64,000 bases of DNA from contig CAWIEK010000044.1 of assembly GCA_963835065.1 (NCBI GenBank), positions 32,001-96,000 of the forward strand, given 5' to 3'. Positions 42,879 through 51,632 of this stretch are shown here, piece by piece. Source of the stretch: an uncultured Chthonomonadaceae bacterium (GTDB taxonomy: Bacteria > Armatimonadota > Chthonomonadetes > Chthonomonadales > Chthonomonadaceae). The position numbers and the translations under genes were made by a program. Positions within the stretch are counted from its first letter, which is position 1. The number at the start of each line of letters is the position of its first letter. The notes beneath the pieces were generated by a model, which was given only the letters and a program-made list of their open reading frames with translations, searched no databases and had not been told where the DNA came from.

Positions 42879-44360
42879 ATGCCGCTTACGCTTATTGATA
42901 AAACGCCGGGCGATCCATTAAGGTCGCAGGATTGGAACGCGCACGTCCATGAGACGCAGCGCCTGGATCAAGCCAAAGTGGATCGCAAAGGCGACACCAT
43001 CACGGGTGACCTGACCATCAATGGCGCGCTGACAGCCGTCGCCAATGTCACCATTACCGGCGCGCTGACCGCCGCCGCTAACGCCACTATCAACGGCGCG
43101 CTAACGGCAGTAGGGAACGTCGGCATCGGGGCAGGCGCTCCCGATACGAACCTGACTATTCAGGGCGGGCCAAGTGCGTATTTGAACCTCAAGACCGCGG
43201 GGAATGCGCAGCAACTGCTTATTGGAGCCGATGCCGGGGGCGGCCTCATCTCCACTATGACCAATCACGATCTGCAATTGCGGGCCGGCGGCAACGTGAC
43301 CAGGATGATCGTAAAAGCGAACGGCAATGTCGGTATCGGCGGCGACCCGCAAACCGCTCTGCATGTCTACAACGGCAACATTCGCGTGGATGGAGGCGAG
43401 TACCAGAATTGGGGGCCGCTGGTGCTTCACGCCGACGTAGATAACAGCGGCGACGGTGAATTTCATTTCCGCGGTACGAACAACCAGGAGATGATGACCA
43501 TCCTCGCCAACGGCAATGTGGGGATCGGCACGAACGCGCCAATCGTTCCGCTCCAATTCTCAAGTACTCTGGGCAATAAAATTTGTCTGTGGGGTACGAA
43601 CGCATCGCAGCATTACGGTTTCGGCATTCAGAACTCCACACTGCAAATCTACGGGGATATTGCCGGCACAAGCGTCGCATTTGGGTGGGGCTCCAGCAGC
43701 AACTTTCATGAGACGATGCGGATTCAAGGGGATGGCCGGCTTATCGTTCAAAGCGATTACTACGGCAAAGGGCATGTGTTCCTCCACGCCTTTGAGGGGG
43801 ATGGGGTAAACGGAACAGCCTATGTCCAAGCCCGTGACAACACCGGCAAAACCAGCATCGGGCTGACACTGCGCACCACCATCAGTGGAGGTATTATCGA
43901 GGCCATCAAAATAGACCCGAGCGGCCAGACACATATTGCGTCATTAACGGGCGTCCTAAAACTTTTCCGCATAGACCACCCGGCAAAAGCGGGCTACGAC
44001 CTGGTACACGCCTGCATGGAGGGACCGGAAAACGGCGTTTATTATCGGGGCACGGCGCGGCTTGTGAACGGCGAAGCGATCATTACCCTGCCGGAATACT
44101 TTGAAGCTTTGACGCGCAAAGAAGACCGCACGGTTCAGTTGACGCCACAGGGCGGCAAGCCATTCCTGTTGAGCGCCGAAGAAGTTGTGGACGGGCGCTT
44201 CAAGGCGTATGGAACCGAACCGAACGGCGTATTCTGCTGGGAGGTCAAGGCGGTACGGGCGGATGTCGCGCCGCTGGAAGTCGAGGTCGAAAAGCAGGAG
44301 CCGAGCAGTCTGCGCGCGCAGGAAAGTGGCAATCTGCACTCCGTTGCCGCTAGAGGCTAA
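42879..44360 (+). CDS. Tail fibre with C-terminal intramolecular-chaperone-like domain
   Basis: GALTA repeats, GNVGIG x3; FRIDHP...LVHACMEGPENGVYYRG. Confidence 0.8.
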   Translation: MPLTLIDKTPGDPLRSQDWNAHVHETQRLDQAKVDRKGDTITGDLTINGALTAVANVTITGALTAAANATINGALTAVGNVGIGAGAPDTNLTIQGGPSAYLNLKTAGNAQQLLIGADAGGGLISTMTNHDLQLRAGGNVTRMIVKANGNVGIGGDPQTALHVYNGNIRVDGGEYQNWGPLVLHADVDNSGDGEFHFRGTNNQEMMTILANGNVGIGTNAPIVPLQFSSTLGNKICLWGTNASQHYGFGIQNSTLQIYGDIAGTSVAFGWGSSSNFHETMRIQGDGRLIVQSDYYGKGHVFLHAFEGDGVNGTAYVQARDNTGKTSIGLTLRTTISGGIIEAIKIDPSGQTHIASLTGVLKLFRIDHPAKAGYDLVHACMEGPENGVYYRGTARLVNGEAIITLPEYFEALTRKEDRTVQLTPQGGKPFLLSAEEVVDGRFKAYGTEPNGVFCWEVKAVRADVAPLEVEVEKQEPSSLRAQESGNLHSVAARG

Positions 44361-44374
44361 AGGAAAAACATACC

Positions 44375-44659
44375 ATGCGAGATCAATTGGAGCGCCGATT
44401 GCAGCAACTGAAGGACGAATACGCGCAGGGCGAAAAAACGCTGGAAAACCTGCAAGCCAAAACATCGGGCGTACAGCGCGTGATGCTGCGCCTGAGCGGA
44501 GCGATTCAGGTGCTGGAAGAGGAACTGGCGGCGGAAAACACCCCACAGCCTTCCGGCAATCATTCGGTTTATTCCGGCAATGGCGCGTCGGAAAACGGCG
44601 CGGAACCCGGCGCGCTTCTTCCGAATTCCGCGCCTGCCGCCCTGCCGGGGAGAATATAG
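44375..44659 (+). CDS. Small coiled-coil protein
   Basis: Heptad pattern ending LRLSGAIQVLEEEL; AAGGA RBS. Confidence 0.65.
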   Translation: MRDQLERRLQQLKDEYAQGEKTLENLQAKTSGVQRVMLRLSGAIQVLEEELAAENTPQPSGNHSVYSGNGASENGAEPGALLPNSAPAALPGRI

Positions 44660-44662
44660 GCC

Positions 44663-45439
44663 ATGCCCGCCAGTATCACCGGCGCCTTCCGCGATCTGCT
44701 GGTCACGTCCCTGCCCGATCTGTTCGGCGGCGACAAGCCCGCCGCGCAGCTTGCCGTCACCGAGGGCAGTTTCGACGTAGACCCGACGTATGCGGAGGTC
44801 AGCGTCAGCGAACCGCGCCCGGACGACCGGACGGAAAACCTGCCGTTCGACCCCGCAAAACCGACCGGGCCGTATACGCTTGCGCAGCCGCCGGCCGCCG
44901 GGCCGCGCCGCGTCAGCCTTGACTCGGAAACGGGCGCGCGAACCCTTTTGGCCGATGAGGAAATCGTGTGGGATGTGGCGGATGGACGCAAATTTACGCT
45001 GCAACTACGTCCGTCCCGCGACCCCAAAACATTCAAAACCGTGCATGCGCTGTACGGCGTGGTCACGGTCACGACGCTGCTGCGGGGGCGGCAAACGCTG
45101 TCGGCGCGCTTGCAGCCTGCCGACGCTTCCCGGCTGGAAGAAACGCTTTCCCTCGTCATGGGCGTGGTCGCGCTGAACCGGCAGGCGCTCATGGACGCCA
45201 CGCGCAGCGATTATGCGGGCAACGGGTACGGGGCGCATGTCAGCGTGAAAAGCCTGCAAATCAAGAGCGCGGCCTACGCCGCCGATTCGGTGACGCTGCT
45301 GTTAGGCGCGGAAGTGGAACTCAAAGCCGAGCGCGCCCTTGCGCCCGACGAAGGCCACGCGATTGTCCGCATCATCACGGCGGGCCGCACAACGGGACAA
45401 ACGCATCCCATTGACATTGACGTAGCATTGGACGTGTGA
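44663..45439 (+). CDS. Hypothetical protein, last gene of the tail operon (possible terminator/cap)
   Basis: 258 aa, co-oriented, genome-like codon usage; function inferred from position only. Confidence 0.55.
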   Translation: MPASITGAFRDLLVTSLPDLFGGDKPAAQLAVTEGSFDVDPTYAEVSVSEPRPDDRTENLPFDPAKPTGPYTLAQPPAAGPRRVSLDSETGARTLLADEEIVWDVADGRKFTLQLRPSRDPKTFKTVHALYGVVTVTTLLRGRQTLSARLQPADASRLEETLSLVMGVVALNRQALMDATRSDYAGNGYGAHVSVKSLQIKSAAYAADSVTLLLGAEVELKAERALAPDEGHAIVRIITAGRTTGQTHPIDIDVALDV

Positions 45440-45473
45440 TCGCGCCATTGCCGGTAAGCGCAATAGCCGCGTC

Positions 45474-46157
45474 TCATGCCACCCACCCACTCCGCCGCAG
45501 CGCGAAGCCGATGATGAACCCTAAGATCGCCAGGAACAGGAGCATCCACCAGCCTCGGTAGCGGTATTCCGCCTTGACGCGCACTTCCAGGCGGGACTTG
45601 TTGTCGGGGTCTACGCCGTTGTGCGGCCACGCGCCCTGACTGTACAGGCTGTCGGTCAGTTTCAGCGCGATACCTTTGTGGTCGAACACATCGTAGCAGC
45701 ACACCGCGTCAATCTTGCCCGCCGTATGCAGATTTTCCAGCACCTGGCGCACCGGTATCTCCGGGTCCAGTATCCATTCGCTTGTTCCGCCAGGCGTTCG
45801 GATCATATAAGCGTCGCGGGCGAAGGTCAGCGTGATGAAGGAATTTTTCGTGACATCATCCAGCGTATTGGGCGCGTTTTGCCGACGGTTGTAGGGTAAA
45901 AATTTCCCATCCGCCCAGAAGTGCCGGAACAGATCGTTCATCTTTTCCCAGGCTTGCAAATCCGCCTGCTCCGCCATACGCTGCTTGCACTTTTCCTTCA
46001 GCGCGGTCAGGGGCGTCCCGGCAGGAAACTGCCCGATGTTGTAGATTTTGGCGTCCGGGAGCGCGTCCTGTCGTTTGGGCAGGCCGCCCTTTTCCGCCGC
46101 CCGCCCATCCAACTCCGGCAGGTTCACCTTGATATGTATGTCTTCTCGCATGGGCAT
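45474..46157 (-). CDS. C-terminally membrane-anchored protein with possible ubiquitin-like domain
   Basis: C-terminal TM WWMLLFLAILGFIIGFAL; PVRQVLENL...LKLTDSLYSQG...RLEV resembles a beta-grasp; GGAG RBS before ATG 46157. Confidence 0.6.
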   Translation of the reverse strand: MPMREDIHIKVNLPELDGRAAEKGGLPKRQDALPDAKIYNIGQFPAGTPLTALKEKCKQRMAEQADLQAWEKMNDLFRHFWADGKFLPYNRRQNAPNTLDDVTKNSFITLTFARDAYMIRTPGGTSEWILDPEIPVRQVLENLHTAGKIDAVCCYDVFDHKGIALKLTDSLYSQGAWPHNGVDPDNKSRLEVRVKAEYRYRGWWMLLFLAILGFIIGFALRRSGWVA

Positions 46158-46188
46158 TGTTCGTCGCTTTTGCTCCTGCGTTCGATTG

Positions 46189-48234
46189 TCACGAACCCTT
46201 GATGCCGCGTTGCTCTTTAAAGGGTTCATCCAATGAGTCTCGATGCCCTTTCCAACTTACAACCGCCCATTTTGGGGAGTGTACGGGGAGTGTTTTGACG
46301 TAACCCCGCAGGTCTTTACGCGCCGTGTCGGGAAGGTTATCCGCATCTACTGCCAGCAAGATATATTCAAGATCCTTCTGTCCGGTGGCATCGATCTGAA
46401 GGGGAACATCGCGTGTGTCACTGTTCTGCCACGCCATCTCGTATGGGTGATGAGTTCCATCTGCTTCGGTCACGTCCTGCTTCCCATCCGGTTCGCGCAG
46501 TACAGGCTCGGCTTCTCCAACCATGTTCTTCATATAGCTCATTATCGGGCGCGCTTTTTCTCCCGAAACGCTGAACAATTGGAAATAGTACTCCTTGAGC
46601 GGGAGTACAAAGGTGAGTTCGCTGGGGCGGCCTTCCTTTCTGGCCTCGACACTCAGAGTGAGTTCAAGAGGATTGTCCGTTCTCAGAACCGATAATCCCG
46701 CCCGCTTACAGAGTTCCTGCATCGCCGTTAACTTCGGCGCGGGAACCTTGATATGAGGGGGGCGCTTTTTAGGCGTGTGGGGATTGACAACCACTCCCCC
46801 CTGTCCCTGCCTGGGATCATGCGTTATGACTCCGCCAGATGGATTTACAGGCACCCCCCCGCTGCCAGGAGAACCCGGCGGCGGTCCGGTAATCGTGGGT
46901 GGAGCAATTAGTGGCCGGATAGGCTGTTGTTGAACCGGTGGCGTTTTATCCGATTCTTTAGGCTTGTCCGGCAGTTTATCTAATTTCAACTCTGCTGCGC
47001 ATGGAACGACATAGTTGTGGTCGTGGAATTTGCGCCGTTCGCTTACGTAAGAGATGTCAACGGGTTCCTGGTGTCCAACAGTGAAATGCTCCTTCATTGC
47101 GCTGGAAATATCAACCAGCAGTTCATAGGGTTCCGTTTCCTGCGAACTCCCACTCCACCCAAACGGCCAGCGATACCAAATATAGCGCTTGGGCAAAAAG
47201 AATTGGTACACATTGTCTCCAAGCGGGCGGCCATGGTAGCGCTTTTCAACAGCGTCCCTGTGTGACAGCAGTTCCACGCCTTGTATATCTTTCGGATTGA
47301 CAACCATGCCCGGAGGTGGTTTTAGCTGCAAATTAACTGTCGCTCCGGCATTTTCCGGGATGCCCCGGAACATCCAGACAAGCGCGCACACCACGAACAA
47401 TCCGCCGCCGATGAGCAGGGGATAGTCGTACCACCAGAGATGCCGGAACGGCACGTAATCTACAAACGTCTGCTGCTCGCAGGGCGCGACAAAGGCCGGG
47501 GAGGCTTCCCTGGGCGGCGTTACGGCAGCGTCGGCGCAAAGCGTGAAATTCTCGTTACGCTCGCGCGGATTGAGTCGGATGGTCACGGGCAGGGTAATGG
47601 AGGTTTCCGGCGCAAGCGCGTACTCCGGCAGCTTGGAAACCTTCGCGCCGTGATCCGGCGTTTCGCCCCGATACACCTGCGGCTTCACGCCCAGTTCCAT
47701 GTACGACCAGTTGCTGACGGTGATCCGCGCTTTGGGCGAGCCAAAGCCCCAGCGATGCCAGGGACGCAAGCGTACAACTTCGGGGGTTAATTCCACGCGC
47801 ACGTCGCGCTGCGTGGGCGGGGGAAACCAGTGGTACGTTTCCGGTTCGCCGATGAGCGAACCCCCATCCTGGGGCGAGTTGGTGTCGTGCTTAAAAAGAG
47901 AAACGACAAATTCACAACTTGCTTCGCGCTGACTAAGCACAACCAGCGTCAGCGTGACCCCCTCTCCCGGAGGCAGCGGAAATTTGTCGCCCGGCTTGAT
48001 ACGCCCCATATTGGAAGTAGTCAGCTCATATTCGCCGGGACTCAAGCCTTCCACGAGAATACTGGCAAACCGCATTTGAACATTCTGGTTTTCAAGCGGC
48101 CAGGTCAGTTCCGTGCCGTTGCCGACAGCGTTTTCATCCAGGCGCGCCGAAGCGCGGCCCCCGGCCCCATACTGAAACGGGCGTTCGGAGGGCCGCTGGC
48201 GGCTTGAAGATCGGGTTCGCGGCTGTATAAGCAT
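46189..48234 (-). CDS. Bitopic membrane protein (beta-rich N-terminus, TM, Pro-rich linker, C-terminal domain)
   Basis: TM YPLLIGGGLFVVCALVWMF; PPPGSPGSGG linker. Confidence 0.7.
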   Translation of the reverse strand: MLIQPRTRSSSRQRPSERPFQYGAGGRASARLDENAVGNGTELTWPLENQNVQMRFASILVEGLSPGEYELTTSNMGRIKPGDKFPLPPGEGVTLTLVVLSQREASCEFVVSLFKHDTNSPQDGGSLIGEPETYHWFPPPTQRDVRVELTPEVVRLRPWHRWGFGSPKARITVSNWSYMELGVKPQVYRGETPDHGAKVSKLPEYALAPETSITLPVTIRLNPRERNENFTLCADAAVTPPREASPAFVAPCEQQTFVDYVPFRHLWWYDYPLLIGGGLFVVCALVWMFRGIPENAGATVNLQLKPPPGMVVNPKDIQGVELLSHRDAVEKRYHGRPLGDNVYQFFLPKRYIWYRWPFGWSGSSQETEPYELLVDISSAMKEHFTVGHQEPVDISYVSERRKFHDHNYVVPCAAELKLDKLPDKPKESDKTPPVQQQPIRPLIAPPTITGPPPGSPGSGGVPVNPSGGVITHDPRQGQGGVVVNPHTPKKRPPHIKVPAPKLTAMQELCKRAGLSVLRTDNPLELTLSVEARKEGRPSELTFVLPLKEYYFQLFSVSGEKARPIMSYMKNMVGEAEPVLREPDGKQDVTEADGTHHPYEMAWQNSDTRDVPLQIDATGQKDLEYILLAVDADNLPDTARKDLRGYVKTLPVHSPKWAVVSWKGHRDSLDEPFKEQRGIKGS

Positions 48235-48270
48235 TTTTACTATCTTTACCTTTTTAGTTAATTTGGGCTG

Positions 48271-48777
48271 CTATTGAGGCTTTCTGTCAAAAATCACGGG
48301 ATAGTCGAACGAAAATTTGTCTTCCGGGCTGGCATCCTTACGATAATTCTCAAATTTATCATGCCAGAGTTTGATGTTCTTGTTTCCCTCGCTCGCCAGT
48401 TGCTTTTCCTTCTTATCCAGTAACTCCATGTACTCTTTGCGCGTAGGCCATGTTACTGTGTCTTTCCAAACCTGATAACTTCTATCATCCGGGGTGAACT
48501 CCAGATACTCTTTTTCACCCGAATGTTTACTCAGTTGATAAGGTTTTGATAATGACGGGTCGCTTAAATGCGTCTTGTGTTGGTCCTTGGCTCTGATGGA
48601 GTTACCATCCTTATCAAAACCAAAAAAGAGCAGCGTGATTTTGCCCTGCTGTTGGGGGGGCGGTATGGCCGGCGCCGGCTTCGGAGTCGGCTTGCCAAGC
48701 AGATACCCGATTACGCCGCAGACCGTAAACGCCGCAAACGCTTTTAACCAGAATATATTTGACAGACAGCGTAACAT
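48271..48777 (-). CDS. Small N-terminally anchored hypothetical protein (low GC)
   Basis: Hydrophobic AFAAFTVCGVIGYLLG followed by Pro-rich linker. Confidence 0.6.
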   Translation of the reverse strand: MLRCLSNIFWLKAFAAFTVCGVIGYLLGKPTPKPAPAIPPPQQQGKITLLFFGFDKDGNSIRAKDQHKTHLSDPSLSKPYQLSKHSGEKEYLEFTPDDRSYQVWKDTVTWPTRKEYMELLDKKEKQLASEGNKNIKLWHDKFENYRKDASPEDKFSFDYPVIFDRKPQ

Positions 48778-48794
48778 TGTAAGAAGTTCCTTCG

Positions 48795-49886
48795 TTATTT
48801 GTCCGACCGCCAGTTTATCAAACTACGCTTTTTGATGGTGACATCCGGCGCGCTCGCCCCCGGCGACGGCAGAAAAGGTTTTTCCGAGTTGACGACGACA
48901 CCGCCGCCGGGGCCGCTGTCGGGCGTAATGCCGGCCTCCCACTTCTTGTACTCCTCCGCCAACTTGCGCAGCGCTTCCGAGATGAGATACAGCAAATAGC
49001 CCCAGTCGGTTTCCCGCCTTTCCGCTTCCGGGGGAATTTCCCTCAAAGCGACGGCAAGATGCGCCAGTATTTGCATCTGCTGACCATGATGCGGCAGGAG
49101 GAACCGCAGTTCGTTCAGCTGCATCAATATGCGGTACACGCGATTGAGATAAGCGCGCGGACGCTCGCCCCAATCCAGCACAACGTTCGCTTCCATCAGC
49201 GCCGCCGACATAATGCCCGCTTCCGGCTTGTGGTTCACCAGCAGTTTGTTCAGGTGCGTGAGGCAATTTTCCGCTTGTTCCTGTATCTGCTTCACGGCTA
49301 TGATCAAGCGCGGCATACTGTCCAGGCGCAGACATTCGGGAATAAACGTGTCGTCTTCCCGCAGCCCGGTTATGTCGTTGACGAGTCGCCCGATGCACAG
49401 CCAATCCTCGACGTTTTGTTCCGCCCGCGTGGTGGAAAGCAGATAGCGCATTTGCGAGAAACGGCGCGGGATGCGTCCCTGCGACGATTGTTCCCCGATT
49501 GGTTCCATGCCCTCCCGAATCCCTAAATAAACGGCGATTTTGCTGCCCGTCGCCGACGTTTCCGGGGCAAGGTCGCCGACATAGGGCGCGCACAACGGCA
49601 TACCCGCGCTGATGACGATTTCCGCCGGGTAGCCGCTCGGCATGATGGCCCGACATTCCAGCAGCTTCAGCGTACATTCCCAGATACCGCCCCGCGTGTT
49701 GTTTTGATAGCGCGTCAGACTGAAGGCTTCGCGGGGCATTTTCGCAACCCCATACGCGCCCTGCGCCAGCGCCAACAGCCGCAGTTGATCCAAAACAAAC
49801 TCGCGGTCTTCGGTCAGATACTGCCCGCGCATCATTCCGACCGAGTCCCAATACACGGCGTTCAAGTTAATGGCGTCTCTGCTCAC
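48795..49886 (-). CDS. tssK: TssK-like baseplate subunit
   Basis: N-terminal VYWDSVGMMRGQYL and LCIGRL...EDDTFIPECLRL match the TssK VxWxxGM and LxxARL...DxxFIPPxL motifs; helical C-terminus. Confidence 0.7.
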   Translation of the reverse strand: MSRDAINLNAVYWDSVGMMRGQYLTEDREFVLDQLRLLALAQGAYGVAKMPREAFSLTRYQNNTRGGIWECTLKLLECRAIMPSGYPAEIVISAGMPLCAPYVGDLAPETSATGSKIAVYLGIREGMEPIGEQSSQGRIPRRFSQMRYLLSTTRAEQNVEDWLCIGRLVNDITGLREDDTFIPECLRLDSMPRLIIAVKQIQEQAENCLTHLNKLLVNHKPEAGIMSAALMEANVVLDWGERPRAYLNRVYRILMQLNELRFLLPHHGQQMQILAHLAVALREIPPEAERRETDWGYLLYLISEALRKLAEEYKKWEAGITPDSGPGGGVVVNSEKPFLPSPGASAPDVTIKKRSLINWRSDK

Positions 49887-49955
49887 GCTTCTCCTCAGAA
49901 AAAAGTGGATAGTGGATAGTTAGTTGATAGTTCGTAGTTGACACAAGACAGACAT

Positions 49956-51632
49956 TTATTTGGCGAGACAGGAGCGCAGGGGAAGCCCCTCGCGCGTCCG
50001 GGGCGCGTTGCCGTCCGCAAGCCAGGCGGTTTCACCGAGAACAGCCGCGTCTACCGCCCATCGGCAGCGCAGCGGCACATGCGCGGGCAGAAACAGCCGC
50101 CCCAAAACTTCCAGCCGTTTATGCGCCTGCTCCGTTTTTGATTCAGCCCAGGCGTTTTCCACTTCGGGGCGGCCCGCCGCCTGCGCTTTCTGTTCTGCCG
50201 TTGCAGTCGCTTCTGCCGTTACAGTCGCTTCTGTCGCTTCTGTGCCTCCTGCCGCTTCTGACGCTTCTTCCGGTTCGGAGGTTTCAAAGCGCTCATGCGG
50301 CAGATACACGATCACTTCGGGCGCGCGCAAAATCGCTTCGCCTTCCAGCATCAGCGTTAATCCCAACTGCGCAAGGGGCGTTCCCATCCGGCTTTCCACG
50401 CTGTGATAGGCTTCCAGGTGGATGCTTGCGTCCTGGGAAACCAGCAGGCGAACGGCGCGGTCGAAAAGCGCGCCCCAATCCGTCACTTCCCGGCGTTTCA
50501 GCAGCAGCGCCCACAAAATGCCCTGCGCTTGCGGTTCGGAAAACAACTGCCAGTCTTCGGGCATCAGTCCCAAAAATCCATCGTCCTTCCAATCCTGCAT
50601 CAGCCGCAGCAGAACGCCATTCAAGTCCAGGCCGCCGAGCAATCCGTTTTGCGCGTAGGGCTTGCTTTTTCGGCCAAGCCAATAGGCCAGCGGGTTTACG
50701 CCCAAAGCCTCCGGCGACTCCCCGGTTTGAAAGGCCGTTAATGTCGCTGCAAAAAAATCCTCAACGGTCAAATCCCAATCGGGCGGCGACCAATCCATCG
50801 GATACGCTGCGCCTTCCAGCATGTCAATTTCGGCCAGGTGCAGAAACATCAGCGTGAAAAACCGCTCCGCCAATCGCGTGGCCGCATCGGTCTGCGTATC
50901 TACATTTTGATCGTCCCAAACAAAGCCGTGCGGGTTGGCGACGGGAATCAGCTGATTGTCGCGCAGCAGCAGGATGTAATCGGAAGGCGTTTGCAGCGCG
51001 GGCGGCGACTGCAATTCCGGGTACTGCGTTCGCCACAGCCGCGCCAGCCATTGCGTGGGAGACATCGCGCCGGGCATCACCATTCCCTGCGCGCCCGGCG
51101 CGTCGGGCGCGGCCAATCCCTGTACGGCAACAAACCCCAACTGCTCCGTCCATTCGTCCGGGCTGCGGTCAATCAGCCACCGGTGCGTTTCCAGGCAGGC
51201 CTGCTCCTGCCGGTTGGGGATCAGACTCGGCGCGAACTGCGTGTCCCAGAGGCTGGCCGCGAGCCGTTCCGCCAATGCGCGCAGTTCCTCCTCCAGGATG
51301 GGCGCAGGCGTTTTGGGCAGTCCGACCTGCATCAGTGGATACAGCCATTGCAGCCGATTGTCGGCCCGTATATTCAGGTCAATAGAGCCGTCCTGGCGCG
51401 CGGCAATCACTTCCGGCTGCGCGAAATGCCCGACATTGGGCGTAACGCGCATCGTTTCCAGCGGGATGCCCTTTTCCCGCAGCAGCAGCACGGCGTACAG
51501 CAGAAAAGCCGGGCCGTTCAAAGCAGAAAAATACTCCAGTTCGTCGTATTTCAATTCCACTTTCGGCGGCGCGGGCTTGCCGGGCGTATTCGCCTGCCCC
51601 GTTGATGCGGCTTCCGTTGGCTCCGGGTTCAT
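49956..51632 (-). CDS. Divergent TssG-like baseplate subunit
   Basis: Lies between TssF-like and TssK-like genes; C-terminal AQLGLTLML...LGRLFLPAHV; ATG 51632 overlaps the upstream stop (ATGA). Confidence 0.5.
   Translation of the reverse strand: MNPEPTEAASTGQANTPGKPAPPKVELKYDELEYFSALNGPAFLLYAVLLLREKGIPLETMRVTPNVGHFAQPEVIAARQDGSIDLNIRADNRLQWLYPLMQVGLPKTPAPILEEELRALAERLAASLWDTQFAPSLIPNRQEQACLETHRWLIDRSPDEWTEQLGFVAVQGLAAPDAPGAQGMVMPGAMSPTQWLARLWRTQYPELQSPPALQTPSDYILLLRDNQLIPVANPHGFVWDDQNVDTQTDAATRLAERFFTLMFLHLAEIDMLEGAAYPMDWSPPDWDLTVEDFFAATLTAFQTGESPEALGVNPLAYWLGRKSKPYAQNGLLGGLDLNGVLLRLMQDWKDDGFLGLMPEDWQLFSEPQAQGILWALLLKRREVTDWGALFDRAVRLLVSQDASIHLEAYHSVESRMGTPLAQLGLTLMLEGEAILRAPEVIVYLPHERFETSEPEEASEAAGGTEATEATVTAEATATAEQKAQAAGRPEVENAWAESKTEQAHKRLEVLGRLFLPAHVPLRCRWAVDAAVLGETAWLADGNAPRTREGLPLRSCLAK

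Larger units (their letters stand above)
24404..45439 (+). other. Capsid-less contractile tail operon (eCIS/tailocin-like)
   Basis: Sheath, tube, chaperone, tape-measure-like, Rhs, hub, spike, gp25, baseplate J, gpI-like and fibre genes in one orientation; no head, packaging or lysis genes seen. Confidence 0.85.

Noticed and set aside
42879..44360. Diversity-generating retroelement or invertase acting on the fibre
   Set aside because: No reverse transcriptase, template repeat, recombinase or alternative fibre cassette seen
24404..45439. Intact prophage
   Set aside because: No capsid, portal, terminase, integrase, replication or lysis genes recognisable; codon usage matches the host
48823..49851. 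342 aa alternative-frame ORF
   Set aside because: Fully overlaps the tssK-like gene on the same strand; Arg/Ala/Gly-rich off-frame composition
50176..50275. 9/18-bp repeats in the TssG-like gene
   Set aside because: In-frame Ala/Thr/Glu linker expansion; no sign of a separate element
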